A DNA stretch of 61,770 bases, the filler included, from Bipalium vagum (taxonomy: Eukaryota): assembly GCA_037834085.1 (NCBI GenBank). It is 3 parts of 3 records of this genome, joined end to end, with 100 filler letters (N's around TTAATTAATTAA, not from the genome) between each part and the next. Parts side by side here need not be neighbours in the genome. Positions count along the whole stretch, not along the records: positions 1 to 17,440 come from JBBMKC010065324.1; 2 more parts are not named here. One strand, given 5' to 3'. The translations under genes and the position numbers were made by a program. The notes under the pieces are model-generated. The model made no database searches, was not told the DNA's origin, and was given only the letters and a program-made list of their open reading frames with translations. Below are positions 1-13,969 of the stretch, piece after piece (the first letter of the stretch is position 1; each line of letters begins with the position of its first letter).

Positions 1-1334
1 ATATCTGCGGAATCACTTGGCTTTGATGCTGTCGATGTTGTCGAAGTTTTGGCGGTTTTTTGGAAGAGGGTTTGGTCGTAGTCTCCACAAGTTTATAAAA
101 TTCAATTTTTACCATAGTTTATATTATGATTTATTTGTGTTTTATTTTAACTTTTCGATTAAATTCAATTTATTGTTTAATAATCAATTTGGTGTTCATT
201 TAACTTTTATATTAAGATTTTAAGTTTATAATTTTAAAATTACATTTACACTTCACTCTTTACGTTACTTCCATAAATTCATCTGAAACAAATATTCTTC
301 GTTAAACTGTCCACTTTCATTTTTCATTTTCACATATTATTAATCTATCTTGAGTAAGACAAGTTTTTAAAATCATTACATATACTAATTTAATAAATTT
401 ATAATATTAAGCAATTAGATGTTAAAAATTGCTTATTTTCAAGTATACATTACCTACATGCTTGAGTTTGCAGACGAAAATTTTGGTTTTCCAAATGATA
501 TTGAATATCACAGTTTGCCGAACTAAATTCGCCTGGTCATATCTATGTATAACAAAACGGATGATGAAATATATATACATTTTCAAGACTTGTTTCATAC
601 CTGCTTTATTCCAAAGGAATTACATACAGACAGTAGTGAGAATTTAAGAATTTTAACAGCTAAATTATTAATGTAGCTTTTTTTATGTAAATTTATCAAA
701 TACAATATTAGGTCTTCTTTTTTCTTTTTTTAAAAAAATTATATAAGGTTAGTTAAGTTGTATTTGAATTATTTAAACAAATACATGGAATTTTATTATA
801 TACAACATTACTAAGGCAATCATGAGGTTTAAAGAAAGCTCCAAGATACCGAACACAACAGGTGAATGACTCTTTCAGCATTATCAACCAATCACGAAAA
901 AATAAAGTTTGCAATATTTACATGTGATATTTTTAATGTGTTAAATTAATTTGATGATTGTTTGAATTAAAATTATAAATAATTTATACATATGGAATAA
1001 TATATTCTAGGTATAACCTGAAGATTTACGCATATTATATAAATTGTCTATTTTTTAAAAAAAATATAACTTGTTCAGATATAAGAAATATAAATATATC
1101 ACAAAAATATTCTTGTTTTAAATTCAAAAATAAATGTCTACTCTACTTTTACAGTTATTTCTCAAAATTAAAATAAAGTATTGTTTAAATAAATTAAGGT
1201 CATTTTTTAAAGAAATTATTTTAATTCATTAAATTTAGTCGGAATAATTTATAGTTTGATTATACAATATTAGTATGAATAGTAATCTGAATAGAAAATA
1301 TTAAAATCTTCATGTTTTAGTATAAATTTTCTAC

Positions 1335-4300
1335 ATGTCGGAAGAGAATTTCAAAGTTTTTCCGAGCATAAATAATAATATTGATGAAAAATATCGTCAT
1401 TATTATGATCTAACTGTAAGTGAAACACTTACAGTCACTGCTGATCATTCCAAAAGAACACTAAAAACGTTTGCCGGTGTATTCTGTCCAGTCGCATTGG
1501 CCCAATTTTCATCATTACTCTTTCTACGACTGGGTAAACCAAACTTATGTGATAATTCTATTTTATTTGCTTTTGTTCAGGTTTTGTAATAGGACAAACT
1601 GGAATTCTTCTTGCCATTCTTCAATTAATTATGGCATATACAATTCTTGTATTGACTGTCCTCTCAATTTGTGCAATCAGTACCAATGGAGCTGTTAAAG
1701 GAGGAGGAGTTTATTGTATCCTTTTTAAAATTTGAATTTTGCTCAAGCTTACGATTTCTTTGTTTCCGCTTTAAGAATCGAAATATTATATATTTTTCTT
1801 GACTCTTGATAAATGTTTCAGTCATGATTAGTCGTACATTGGGACCGGAAGTTGGAGGAAGCATTGGAATTTTGTTCTTTTTGGCCAATGTATTTTCTTC
1901 GGCATTTTCCGTTGCTGGTTTTGTTGAGGGAATGACGGACAATTTTGGACCAGAAGGTCGAATCCATGCCGGCCTTATTCCATCTGGTGTTTGGTGGAAT
2001 TATTTATTCGACACATGTGTTTGTTTATTATGCTTGGCCCTTTGTTTGGTAGGAGGATCAATGTTCGGAAAAGCCAATCTTTTCATTTTTATAGTATTGT
2101 TTCTATTGTTCAATTTTATATGATAAAAATATTTTTGTTATTGATTTGATTTAATTTTGGTCAATATTAATACTATTTTATTTTAATATTTAATTAATAT
2201 TATTAAATTAATTATTTCTTTAATTAATAATGTTTAATTAATTATTTAATCAATTTTATTATTTTTATACAAAATATTGATATTAAAATCTTTATTGAGT
2301 ATTTTACAACTTTATTTAGATCGTTTTCATTTGCTTCTTATCAGTGATCGTGACGTTCCTATTTCATCCAGCTATGCAAGTCAGTATTCCACGGAACAAC
2401 AAAGTCATTTATCCAGATAGTTCCAATATAACCATAATGGCAAATTATACCGGTCTCAGCTACCTTACGTTTCGGAAAAATCTATATTACGGTAACGCTT
2501 AATGTCAATGATAACCACGAGACTGAGTCCCACAGTCTTTTGTTTTAATATTTCAAGCAGACTTTGATTTTCGTTGTTTTAAAATTGATCTTGTCATTTG
2601 TGTTTAATTCCAGATCATTACGATATCGATTTCACGACAAATCGACATATGGATTTTCTATTGGTTTTTCCGATTTTGTTTGCTGGAGTAACGGGGATCA
2701 TGAACGGTGCCAATATGTCAGGTCCGATTTTGATTTTTCTATTTTCTTTCTTAGCTATTGGTTATTCATTATGAATTACCGATTATTATTATTTATTCTT
2801 ATTTTTTATATTGTTCTGGGAAGAATTATTTTCTCTACTTCCAGGAGAACTGAAGGATCCGGGATTTTCTTTACCGAGGGGAACCTTATCGGCGGTTGCA
2901 TTTACATTTATCGGATTTCTGATAACGTCTTTACTCACGGCAGCCACTTGTGACAGGTTCTCGATTATATTGATTTTCTCTTAATAATTGTTTATTTTTA
3001 TTGATAATATTATTTTTCATTATTGATTCTTAATATTTTATTTATCAATTTTAATTATTTGTTATTAATTTTATTAATATTGAGATTTAGTAACATTAAT
3101 TCATTAATTTTTATTTTTATTTATTTATTTTTATTATTGAATTTGCGTACTGTTTTCCTATAATTATCAGTTAACGTCACTTTTCAATACACTGTTTGCA
3201 TAATAAAAATATTGATTTAACAATGATGACAGTTTTCAGATAATAATAAATAAATAATTGATTTAACAAACGTACACAGATATTTATTGATCTTGAGAAA
3301 CTTCATGAAATATTAATCACTTTAATTTCACATGATTAATTTAATTGATTTTTGTGGTTTTACACTATTGATTTGATTTTATTCAATTATTTTTAATTTC
3401 TATTGATTTTTTTATCATTCTTTTCCATCCGTACTTTTTTTGACAAGATTTCTTCTCCTCAACAATTATCTCTATATGCAAGCCGTTAACTTTTGGAAAC
3501 CCTTCGTTATGATTGGCATATTTTGCACTTCTTTATCAGCGGCTTTGGGAAATTTGATCGGAGCTTCACGAGTACTTTTTGCATTGGCCAAAGACGATAT
3601 TTTTGGTAAGTTGCAGAAAAATCAATTGGTAAGAAACCAACTTATTTATTGCTTTTGTTAGGAATCCTTTTGATGCCAGCCAAGAAAGCAACGAAAAACG
3701 GAAACCCTATCGCAGCTGTATTGATATCATTTGTGTTGGTTCAGATAGTTTTACTGATCGGAAAATTGAATCTCATCGCTCCTGTGATGTCGGTCTTCTT
3801 CCTGTTGGCTTATGCAGGTGTCAATTTTGCTTGTGCTCTTCTTGACATGGCCTCGGCTTCTAATTTTAGGTTGTCAATTAATCAATCTTAAAAAATAATA
3901 ATAATATGATTAATATTAATAATAATTTTTTAAAAATATTCTAATAAAGTTTAATTACTAAAATTGAAGGGAAAATAATGATAAAAAGTTAAAGTCAAAT
4001 AACTAAAATAAATTTAAATTAAATTAAATTAAAAATAATAAAATATTAATCAAAATAAAAGTAATAATTAACAACTATTAATAATTACAGAAATATAATA
4101 ATTAAGGAAAAATAATAAGAGAGAATAATATTTAGATGTAATTTAAGATAATAAAGATAAAATTAATTATAAAGAAATAATAAAAATATGAAAAAATATT
4201 ATTCCAATCAAAAATAATAATCTTTGGGAAAATTGGTGAATTCGGGAGAAACTTACACAACGCTGTATGCATGAGTTCGTAATTTTATATATATACGTAA

Positions 4301-4673
4301 TTTTTTAATTTATAAAAATTATGTAACAAACAAATTTATTTGATTATCAAAACCGTCAAATTCCTCACCAGATTTCGTATTAAAGTTATCAAACAAATCA
4401 TATAAAGAATCTAGAAGGTTACACTCGGTTTCATCTTCAAATCAGTCATTATCCATCGCATTGAGATACACATATACCAATACCAAACATATATTGGCCG
4501 CTTTAAATCTCAAATATTCAATTAAATATTTAAATATTCAAATGTTTATTATCTTCATTATTTACCGCCTGTTTTATTTATTTCTGTAATTTTTTAATTA
4601 AATGAAATTTGGAGTATTATCCAAACTTTATAATATTTTTAAAATAATTTTGTATTATTATTACAAAATTTCC

Positions 4674-4751
<78 letters not shown>

Positions 4752-7700
4752 GATTTTAAAATTCCAATTATTATGATGTGAATTATTATAAAAATGACAT
4801 TTTTCAATTCTTTATTTTTTAATTATTGATTTAAAAAGTTTAACTTTGTCTTTTTAAATACCTTATTATATATAGTAAATAATTTTAAGTCTTATTTATA
4901 AACTTTACTATTTTAAAATTCAAACTTTCAATTCAATAAATATTAGTAATGATAATAGTAATTTTATTATCTGTATTATCTGTATTATTATTATTATTAA
5001 TTATTATTATTATTGATTATTATTCAGACCAACTTTTAAATTTTTCTCATGGCATACATCAATGTGTGGAGTAGTTTGTTGTTTAGCAATGTGCTTTCTC
5101 GTCAACTCGTACTATTCAATCGGGATTTTCGTTTTGTTTATAGCTTTGATTATTATTCTCAATTTCCGCAATTTGGGCCATGCCTGGGGCAGTATCGGTC
5201 AAGCTTTACTATATCATCAAGTTTGTATTGTTAATTTTAATTTCACTCATTTTTACAAAATTTTTTATATTATTTTATTTTTTACTTAACTTTTTTTATA
5301 AATTTCTTTTTATTTATTTTTTATCTTTATTTTCTTCTTTTACTTTAATTGTTTGATTTTTGTGTTTCAACAAATAATTATTTTTCCGCATTTTGATTTA
5401 AGGTTCGCAAATATCTTCTATTGATTGATGTCCGAAAAGAGCACGTGAAATATTGGCGACCTCAAATTTTGTTATTGATTTCCAATCCACGCAGTCAAGC
5501 AAGTTTGGTGCAATTTGTGAACCTTCTGAAAAAAGGCGGTCTCTACGTTATTGGTCATGTTTTGCGATCAAATTTTGAAAAACTCGATAAAGACCCGGTT
5601 CCAGAATTGCAAAAGTTTGTCTTTTGATTTTATCGATTTACGTAAATATTGATATATTAATTTATGGTAATAATCAAAAAAATTCGATTTTTAATTCGAT
5701 AATATTAATCAATAATAATAATGGAATATATTAAGTAATAATAACTATCAACAATAATCATTTATAGAATGAATATTTAAAAAATTAATAATAGTTTAAT
5801 AATAATAATTACTTTATTATTAATCAATAAAATTAAAAATCTTTTAAAAATTAACAATTAAAATTATCTTCAATTTGAATTTTTTCTTTGAAAAGGAATT
5901 TCGTGATAATGAAGGATTTTTTGAAAGTCAAGGCTTTCGTTGACATAACAACAGCGTCTACTATTCGGGACGGCACCGTGCAATTGGTGCGATTGTGCGG
6001 TCTTGGAGGTATGTCGATCAACACTGTTTGTTTGGGTTTCCGTGATGACAGTGAGCCAAAGGTTAGTATTGAAAAATAAAGAGAGAATAAAACATCATTC
6101 ATCCCTCTCTCGTCTTCGTTACACTGATCTTCACAGTGATTAAAGCTATTTCATTATCATTCTTTCTCAATTTCCAGGATGTTCTGACCAAAATCAAGCA
6201 CCAAATGAATGGTCAATCAACCTCGAAATGGCCTTTTCCGTCTAGGATCGTGTCCCATCATCCAACACAAACTGATCCTCTTCCTCCCAATAAAAACGTC
6301 ACAGGGTCGTTATCGGGATCTTCGGTCAACACTGTTGGCACGTCTCAGCAGCAAGGTTCCAGTTTTGTTTCCCTCAATGAAAACAGTCCTTTGGTCAGTA
6401 AAAAAAGTGAGTATTTAGTTTTTATTTTTATCGATTTTACTCACACTTATCCAATGTTCAATTTTTATTGATTATTGTTTTAATTTCCAGAATTTCGAAG
6501 AGGAACTCATATCAGTAAGTGAAGATTCAATATTTTCCCCTCACCATTTAATTTTTTATTATTCTAAACGTTATTGCATATTACTTTTCATTGGTTGAAA
6601 TTTTTGTTAAATCAATTTTTTTTATTAAACAAAATATTTGAAAAATAATTAATAATCTTATAATAATATAAAAATAATTATGATAATAAATAATAAGTAA
6701 TAATGATAATAATTAAGTTTAATAATCAAAATATCCAAAAATTTATACGAAAATATTAATTATTATTATTAATTAATAATTTTTAAATATTATAATTTTT
6801 TAACATCAATCAAAAATATAATTATTTTAATCGATTAATAAAATATCATTTTAATTACAATAATTAACAAAAATTAAAAATTATTTGATATAATTTTTAT
6901 CTTTTAATAATATTATTATTATTGTTATCAATTATTATTATTTTTTTTATTTTTATTATTATTATTATTATTTAAAATATGAAAATTTGTATTTGATGCT
7001 TTTTTATCAACTCTAACTATTATTAATTTTTTTTTAATTGAATTACTAATAATAATTATCAAAGTTATTGAGATTTTTTGATAATTCAGAAATGAAGTAT
7101 TTTAGCAACATTTTGCATTCTGCGATTGATTCAAAATTTATTGATGAGCTTCCAAAAGTTCGTATTCCAAATGATAATTTAATCAATCAAGAAATGTTGG
7201 GTGCTGCTCCTGATACATCGCTAAAAGAAAATGAAATATCAATTGATTCAATGACCTGTGAACAATTTTCGGAACAAATTTCCGAAATGGAATATGTCGG
7301 GATCATTGCAGATTGTATAAAATTAAAGGTATTATGAAAATNNNNNNNNNNNNNNNNNNNNNNNNNNNNNNNNNNNNNNNNNNNNNNNNNNNNNNNNNNN
7401 NNNNNNNNNNNNNNNNNNNNNNNNNNNNNNNNNNNNNNNNNNNNNNNNNNNNNNNNNNNNNNNNNNNNNNNNNNNNNAATTGTTAATTAATAATATCACC
7501 AATTTTAATATCTGATTATTTGACATTGGCTGAATATTCTACCATTCAGTTATTTGTAATTATAATTTTATATATTTCTCCTGTTTAAGATAAACTGTGT
7601 AAGTTGATTAAATAAAAATTGGCATTATTATCAAGTATGGATTTTTACATGACACAACACCTTCACAAACCCCCGGAAACACGAATAGTGTATTTGGGTG

Positions 7701-10463
7701 CAGTGTTACTACAAAACAGACAATATCAAATATGTTCACAACATTTTGTAAAGATAACTTTGTCCTTCCAAATGACCCATAATCAAATATCCCTAATGGC
7801 GAAAAAAAGATGACCTTTAAGGCTAACTCATCTGATAGTGTCTATTAATTATCGGTGAAGTTTGATTTCAACAAACAAACAATGTTAACAATTTATCTCA
7901 TATAGGAAAAGTGAAAAATAGTGAAATTGTTTTTAAAATAGGAGGGAATTAGAATTTTAGTTATGTTGGTCTGTAAGGTATAACAACAAAAACCAAAATA
8001 CACAATTTCAAAGAACAGTTGTTCTGAGTGATCTAAATGAATCTGGTATTCTGTTTTTATATCCCTTGGCTACCACAGCCATGATTAGACTCTATGACAC
8101 TCTTTGATGATATCTGTAGCTCTTAGAGTCTTTTGCACATGTTTAGATCTCTATATTGACCGCAGACTAAGGTTCTAATTTTATTTTAAAGGTCTATCTT
8201 TAACCTTAACCCTTTTTTTATTATTGGATTTTGTCTTAATATTGACAAAAATCTCAGTAAAATCACTAAATTAAATCAAAAACACAAATAACGATTCATT
8301 TTATAATTCTAAAATCAAAATACAAGGAAATGGTAAAATATCTTTTAATCAATTTTTCTGTGATAAAATTCTTAATGTTCAATAACTATTTTAATAATAA
8401 TAATTGGTACTGATGAATAATGTGTCAAATTCTTATTATTTGACTCTGATTTTTTTTAAAGAAAAATATTTGTCTGTGCCGTCACTTTCAAAGTATGGAC
8501 ATGATGGATCTGGATTGCATTAAATCGTCTGAATCTTCATATATCGATGTTTGGCCAATCAATTTCTTTCAACCGGGAAGTGGGAGCTATTTAGACAAAA
8601 CATGCATGTTCATGTTGCAACTGAGTTGTATTCTCGGAATGAGTTCGAAACTGAATTCTCAGACAAAAATTCGTGTTCACATTTGTCTCGATTATTACAG
8701 CATTGTCGATAGCAGTAACAAAAACGTGAAAGAATTGTGGAAGACATTACTTGCTCAATGGCGTATCAAGGCGAGGGTTTTATTTTATATAATTATCATT
8801 ATTTTAAATTTTTTGTGATTATAATGAAATAGAAATGTTTTCAGCGCTTAATGAAAAAGAGAATGGGATTAAGTTCTTTCCTTTACCTAGATTTATTTTA
8901 TTATTTCAATTTAATTATCAAGGTCAAATAAATTTTAAAATATTATGTTAATTCACAAAAGTGGAGGATGAGTTTCATTTTATTAAACAAAAAGTACAAA
9001 GTCAAAACCTATACAATTTTAAATAGCGCTATATATATGACCACTGCTCATCAATGACACTGCCAATAATCAAGACTTCGCATCTAGAACTCACATTGCC
9101 TAGATCTTTATGCTTCTTTACTCCATAATGTTTGAATAGAATTCAAAGTTGTTGTTTTTTGTTTTTAATCATATGGAACAAAACTACATTTTTTTATTAG
9201 TCTTAAGTGTTTATAAATTTAGAAAATAGCTCACTACAGGATTGAAAATCTATGAAACATAACATAAGTCATTGTGTGACGAGTTTCTGTAAAATTCTGT
9301 TTGACTTATTCAATTCCAACATTTTTTCTACGGTATTTATTCTGTCACCACTTCATTTATCCAATATGGAAAATTAATCTTTCCTGAAGCTTGTGGAATA
9401 ATTTTTGATAGTTTTCTTTTGAATGTAGTTGTTGGGAAGTTGCATCTTTAATTCATTTTCAGCAGCATCCACAATGTATCCTTTTTAAAATTTTAAATAA
9501 ACGTGTTGTTGCTCATGACTCATTGATTTTCCATTTTAATAATCTAAAATAAGACGTATTTAAATTATACGTGAATGTACTTACATATATTAAGCTATTT
9601 AAACAAAAAATATTTTGATAATAATGAATTTATTTAAAGGTTTTCATGCCCATTTTGTGTGAATTAGTCTAATATAACAAACTGACAATTTATTCATTAA
9701 TAATATTCATTTTAAATAATATATTATATATCGTCTGATTTCTTGTTTTCGACAGTTATATATTTAAAACACTTTTAACATCAAGCGATTGCATTTTTAT
9801 ACATAAAAATATTTGAGTTAAATGTAATTTTTATTATTAAAAAAATAGTATTATTTAAAAAAATTTAAAATCTCACTACATAGTTAATAATTTTTATTTT
9901 GAAGGTTATTTATATTATATTTAGTGTGATAAAAATTTTTAATAATTACATTTAATATTTCACTAAATTTTAAAAAATATAGATTGGAATAACTAATTTT
10001 TGTTGATAATAAATTTTTTTTGATTTTCTTTAAAATGATAAATTTTACAAACATTCTTAATAAGATGAGACTATTTTCATAATAATTTAATATATAAAGT
10101 ACTCATATCTTTAATTAAAAGGCGGAAATTATCATTGTGGCCTGGGATGATATTATTGTCAACTTGGAAAGTGAATTGGGTCGTAACATTATTTCTAATA
10201 ATCCGTCTTCGGGGGATACGAAAAAAATATCGTCTTTCGATTGCAATCTGCCCAATACCTACATTAAAGAGGTAAATAGTATCATTAAATCTCACACATC
10301 TCCCAGAACAACGGTTTGTTTTGTTTATTTACCCGATTTGCCAAATGTCACCGATAAATTCAATTGGAGAAAATATATCAATCAGCTGACAATTTTGACC
10401 AATGACCTTCCACCTACGGTTTTCGTGAGGGGTCAGCATGAAGTGATTACAGCCGCATTGTAA
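1335..10463 (+). CDS. SLC12A9: Solute carrier family 12 member 9-like cation-chloride cotransporter, 16 coding exons, about 1025 aa
   Basis: Manually spliced exons: 1335-1533, 1581-1715, 1822-2093, 2320-2491, 2614-2721, 2845-2956, 3448-3605, 3662-3869, 5028-5220, 5403-5614, 5896-6061, 6178-6406, 6491-6514, 7090-7328, 8462-8770 (or 8776), 10122-10463. Total 3078 nt, frame continuous. Motifs: [150 protein letters not shown]. An N gap (7342-7477) lies in intron 14. Confidence 0.93.
1716..1821 (+). other. U12-type (minor spliceosome) GT-AG intron, intron 2 of the SLC12A9-like gene
   Basis: 5' splice site GTATCCTTT (exact U12 consensus). Branch-site-like TTTCTTGAC at 1795-1803, about 18 nt before CAG (1819-1821). 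Splicing restores [15 protein letters not shown] (phase 1, within the Phe codon). Confidence 0.85.
4674..4751. repeat. (TTA)n microsatellite in SLC12A9 intron 8
   Basis: About 25 uninterrupted TTA units. Confidence 0.95.
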
Positions 10464-10999
10464 AACGTTCTTTTTTGAAGTCAGTCTTTTTCTCTCGTGA
10501 TTCTACGATATTACTTCAAGAATAATCACTTATATTTTTGTTTGATTATCGCTAATTTTAGTAAATCGACTTTTATAATTGTTATTATTTTCTTAATTGA
10601 TACTTGAGTTCTGTTTTTTTATGGTTATTGGATTTGCCTGATAGCGACTGCTGAAAATGTGTTCTGTAGAATTCTATTTTTATTTGTAAAAGGTACGGAA
10701 CAGCACATTTTGAAATATTACAATATTGACATCGAAAAAAATAATTAATAAAAATATATTTGTAAAGGAAAATGTGCATTAGTAAAAAGATAAAGGAAAT
10801 AAAATTTATTAGGTTGAAACCTTTCAAAATTTAAATTCAACGACAAAGATTAAAAATTGGTTTAAGTCCAACCCTTTATTAATAAAACAGAATAGTTGTT
10901 AAATATTATCACTAACCAATAAAAATCACTTACTGTGTTGTAAAACAATAAAACCTTTGGTAAGAATAAGTTAAAATATTTTCTATAATAAAATAAATA

Positions 11000-11700
11000 T
11001 GAAGTTTTCTCTGACAGTTGAATTTCCTCTAAGTAAAAATCCAATCATTTGAAGATCAAATCCTGATATTATTGTGTAAAATTTTGCATCAGATCAGATC
11101 AGTTGTCGCTGATTATTTATCATTCATTAAAGACTGAATAATTATGTAAAACAAATTCCACTGTAATATTTTGGTTGATCACTGAATCTCCTTTTGATAA
11201 AAAAATCTTCTCTTGATAAAAACCTTCGGAATAGAAAAATTATCTTCGTCTACAAACAAACCCTCCTTTAAACGGTAAATAAATCTTCAAAACAAGATTT
11301 CTTGTCAATTATTTCTGGGTGGCTTTCTGGGAATAGTCGTCTCTTTATATAATCGTAGAGATTTCTCTATGATGACCAATTCCTACGATTAGAGACGGAT
11401 ATTTCCTCTAATAGCCATTAATTAAATTCTATCTCCACATCGAGATAAGGTTTGATCAAAAAGATAATTAAAATTTATTTACAGCAGGATGCATCTCCCT
11501 TAAAGAAAAAATAATCCCATTAGCCCAATATATCAAAATCTCGCCGTCGAGATCTTGATTTATGGCATTTTAGAAAAATTTCAGTTTTTGAAAAAAGAAT
11601 TTTATTTAATATTATTATTTACCGAAATCATTAGTATTTTAATTACTTCACGGTTGTGCTTTTGGCAAACCCAACAGTAGGATAAATTTAATTTTTATTA
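11000..11700 (-). pseudogene. Decayed coding remnant of an unidentified repeat family, copy A; boundaries approximate
   Basis: Minus-strand fragments INQDLDGEILIYW, LEEISVSNRRNW and YIKRRLFPES are colinear with similar fragments at 15820-16140 (+). Confidence 0.5.
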
Positions 11701-12634
11701 AACCTAAATATTAAGAAAAGGTATTATTTCATTAATTCGAATTCTTGGTGCTATCTATGTACGATTAGATAGTTGTTTGAACTGCTATTATTGTGCAAAA
11801 ATCACAGAGAAAGGAAAGAAATACTTAGGATAAAGGAGATTAAAAATTAAAGTTGAAAATTTTGCTAGTGATACTAGATCTCTAAAAATAGTAAATTCAA
11901 TTAATTTGGAAATTATTTCCTTAAAACTAACATCTGAAAGAAAAAAGTACATAGAATTTTGAGTTCATAAAAACTAAAATAATAAACTACAAGTTTCAAA
12001 TGAAAGCTATTTAAGATAATAGTTTACCTGATGAAGAAATAAAAGAACCAGTAGTACAAGAATGTATAAATAAAAAAGAAACGAATGTATGTTAAGTTCC
12101 TAACAAAATTTAAAAAGTGGAGCTAAAAATAATTAGGACTTGACGATGAAGATTACTTATGGCTAAATGAAATAAAATTATATTTTTATGAAAAATAAGG
12201 ATTTTTTATAGAGATTGATGATGGATATTTCACTTTTAGGCTTTTTATTTTGGGATTAGAAAAATTCTCTCGCTCTTAGGCTTAGAAGTCTTCAATTTTA
12301 TCTTTAACTTATATTATTAATAATTAAATAAGTTAAATTTATTTTCACTCACCGTTCTACTCAGCGTGTGAATTAAGAGCAAAAAAGGATGGAAATTAAA
12401 AATTCATTTGATCCTAAGTCATGTCTTGAGTATTTAACTAATATAACTTAAAGATAAACTTTGTTTTGTCTACAAAACAAGATTATATGTAAACTTTTAT
12501 CTATTTATGACTATTTATGATATCAAGAAAGTTAATTATTATTTCACAAAACCATGTTTTTTATTTATAAAACAAGTTATATGATTGGAAATTGAATGAA
12601 TTTCTTTTTTTATTATCAAAACAAATGAGTATTA

Positions 12635-13070
12635 TACTAGGTTGACCTATAAGTAATTGTACTTTTTTTAATAAAACTTTATTTTAAAAATTTATTAAAA
12701 ACTTAAAACTTTATAAATCAATATATTCTTCATTATGCTCGATAACTTCTTGCCAACGTTCTTGTAGAATTCTGGAGGATGACTATCGAACCTAACCCAT
12801 TTTTCATCTCCACTAATAATTTGGTCAATCCAAGAAAACGTCCGTCTGCGAGAGAGCAATATGGCACAACGGTTCAATTTTTGCTGATCAGTCAGTTCAT
12901 GAGGTATAACTTGACCAAATTTTGGGCTTCTTCCTGAGTTCTTCAGAAGACGATAGTTAGTAGTTTTTGGTAGATCGAGTGTTGAAGCAAATTCTCTGAC
13001 ACTTGCCATGGTTCCTCGATAAGTGCAGATTTGATGGTATCATTAAGATCGATAGAGAGCCATCTAGGCA
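12635..13070 (-). mobile_element. Internally deleted mariner with its 3' terminal inverted repeat (TIR)
   Basis: IPHELT...IDQIISGDEKWV fused directly to a C-terminal-like PPEFYKNVGKKL; TIR-like TACTAGGTTGACCTATAAGTAATTG at 12635. Confidence 0.8.
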
Positions 13071-13169
13071 TCAAATGTAGGCAATAAATTTTGATAAAAA
13101 TAAAAGAATCGAAATATAACATGTGAAAAAGTAGATTATTAGAAAATAATTTTAGATTCATAAAAAAAG

Positions 13170-13655
13170 TTAATTGTTGACATACAGAACCCATTTCTCA
13201 TCTCCTGCTATTAAGCGATCAAAAAAAGGATTGGTTCCCATACTGGAGAGCAGTGCAGCACAAGGAGTTGTTCTTTGAATTCGATTGGCATCAGTCAGTT
13301 TGTTCGGAATACAAACACTTAGCTTACAGATTTTTCCTATGCTTTTTAAATGATTCCAAACCGTTTTTTTGTCACAATCAAAGGTTTGTACCAAATCATA
13401 TGTCGATTGACGAGGGTTTGATTCGATATTTGCCCGCAAAATGTCATCATCCACCACATTTGGGGTCCCTGGTTTTGGTTTGTCATCAAGATCGAAATTT
13501 CCTTTCCGAAATTTTACGAACGATTTCTGGCATTGACGGACACTAATGGCATTTGAATATACAGCGCAAATATTATTTGTCGCTTCTGTTGCCTTGACAC
13601 CGGTTTTAAACTGAAAGAGCATGCAAGATCGAATATGCTCTTTAGTGAAATCCAT
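13170..13655 (-). mobile_element. Mariner transposase, N-terminal half (HTH to first catalytic Asp), truncated
   Basis: EHIRSCMLFQFK, FVKFRKGNFDLDDKPKPGTP, IPNKLT, FFDRLIAGDEKWVLYVN. Confidence 0.9.
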
Positions 13656-13969
13656 GATTTTTATCTACAAATTTATAATTTTTTCAAATTAATTTTATAA
13701 ATAATTAAAGACTTATACCTGTACTAATTAATTATTAAATTTAAATATTCGTCAAATCAATAAATATTATTTAAACAACTTCACAAAATGATATTAAAAA
13801 AACGACTTTACTATTTCCTTAACCCAATTAATTTAAATGATAACGGAAATTTACCATTTACAATTACATACAAAACAAATCTTTTAGATTTATTTGAAAA
13901 ATATTTTATTTATGGAATTAAAATAAAAGGTATCAAACTAGAAAATAATTTTTCCATATTTATTTTGTA

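Noticed and set aside
1-115. Minus-strand frame MVKIEFYKLVETTTKPSSKKPPKLRQH running off the window edge
   Set aside because: Too short and no recognisable motif; cannot be supported as a gene
1311-1334. TTTTAG acceptor 14 nt upstream of the SLC12A9 ATG (5' UTR intron or trans-splice site)
   Set aside because: Common by chance in AT-rich DNA; needs transcript data
7619-9700. Possible transposon scraps in SLC12A9 introns 14-15, e.g. minus-strand AVVAKGY near 8050-8090
   Set aside because: Motifs too short to assign
11532-11559. 12-bp hairpin ATCAAAATCTCG/CGAGATCTTGAT considered as a Helitron 3' end
   Set aside because: No CTRR terminus at the expected distance, and it lies within the DGEILIY remnant
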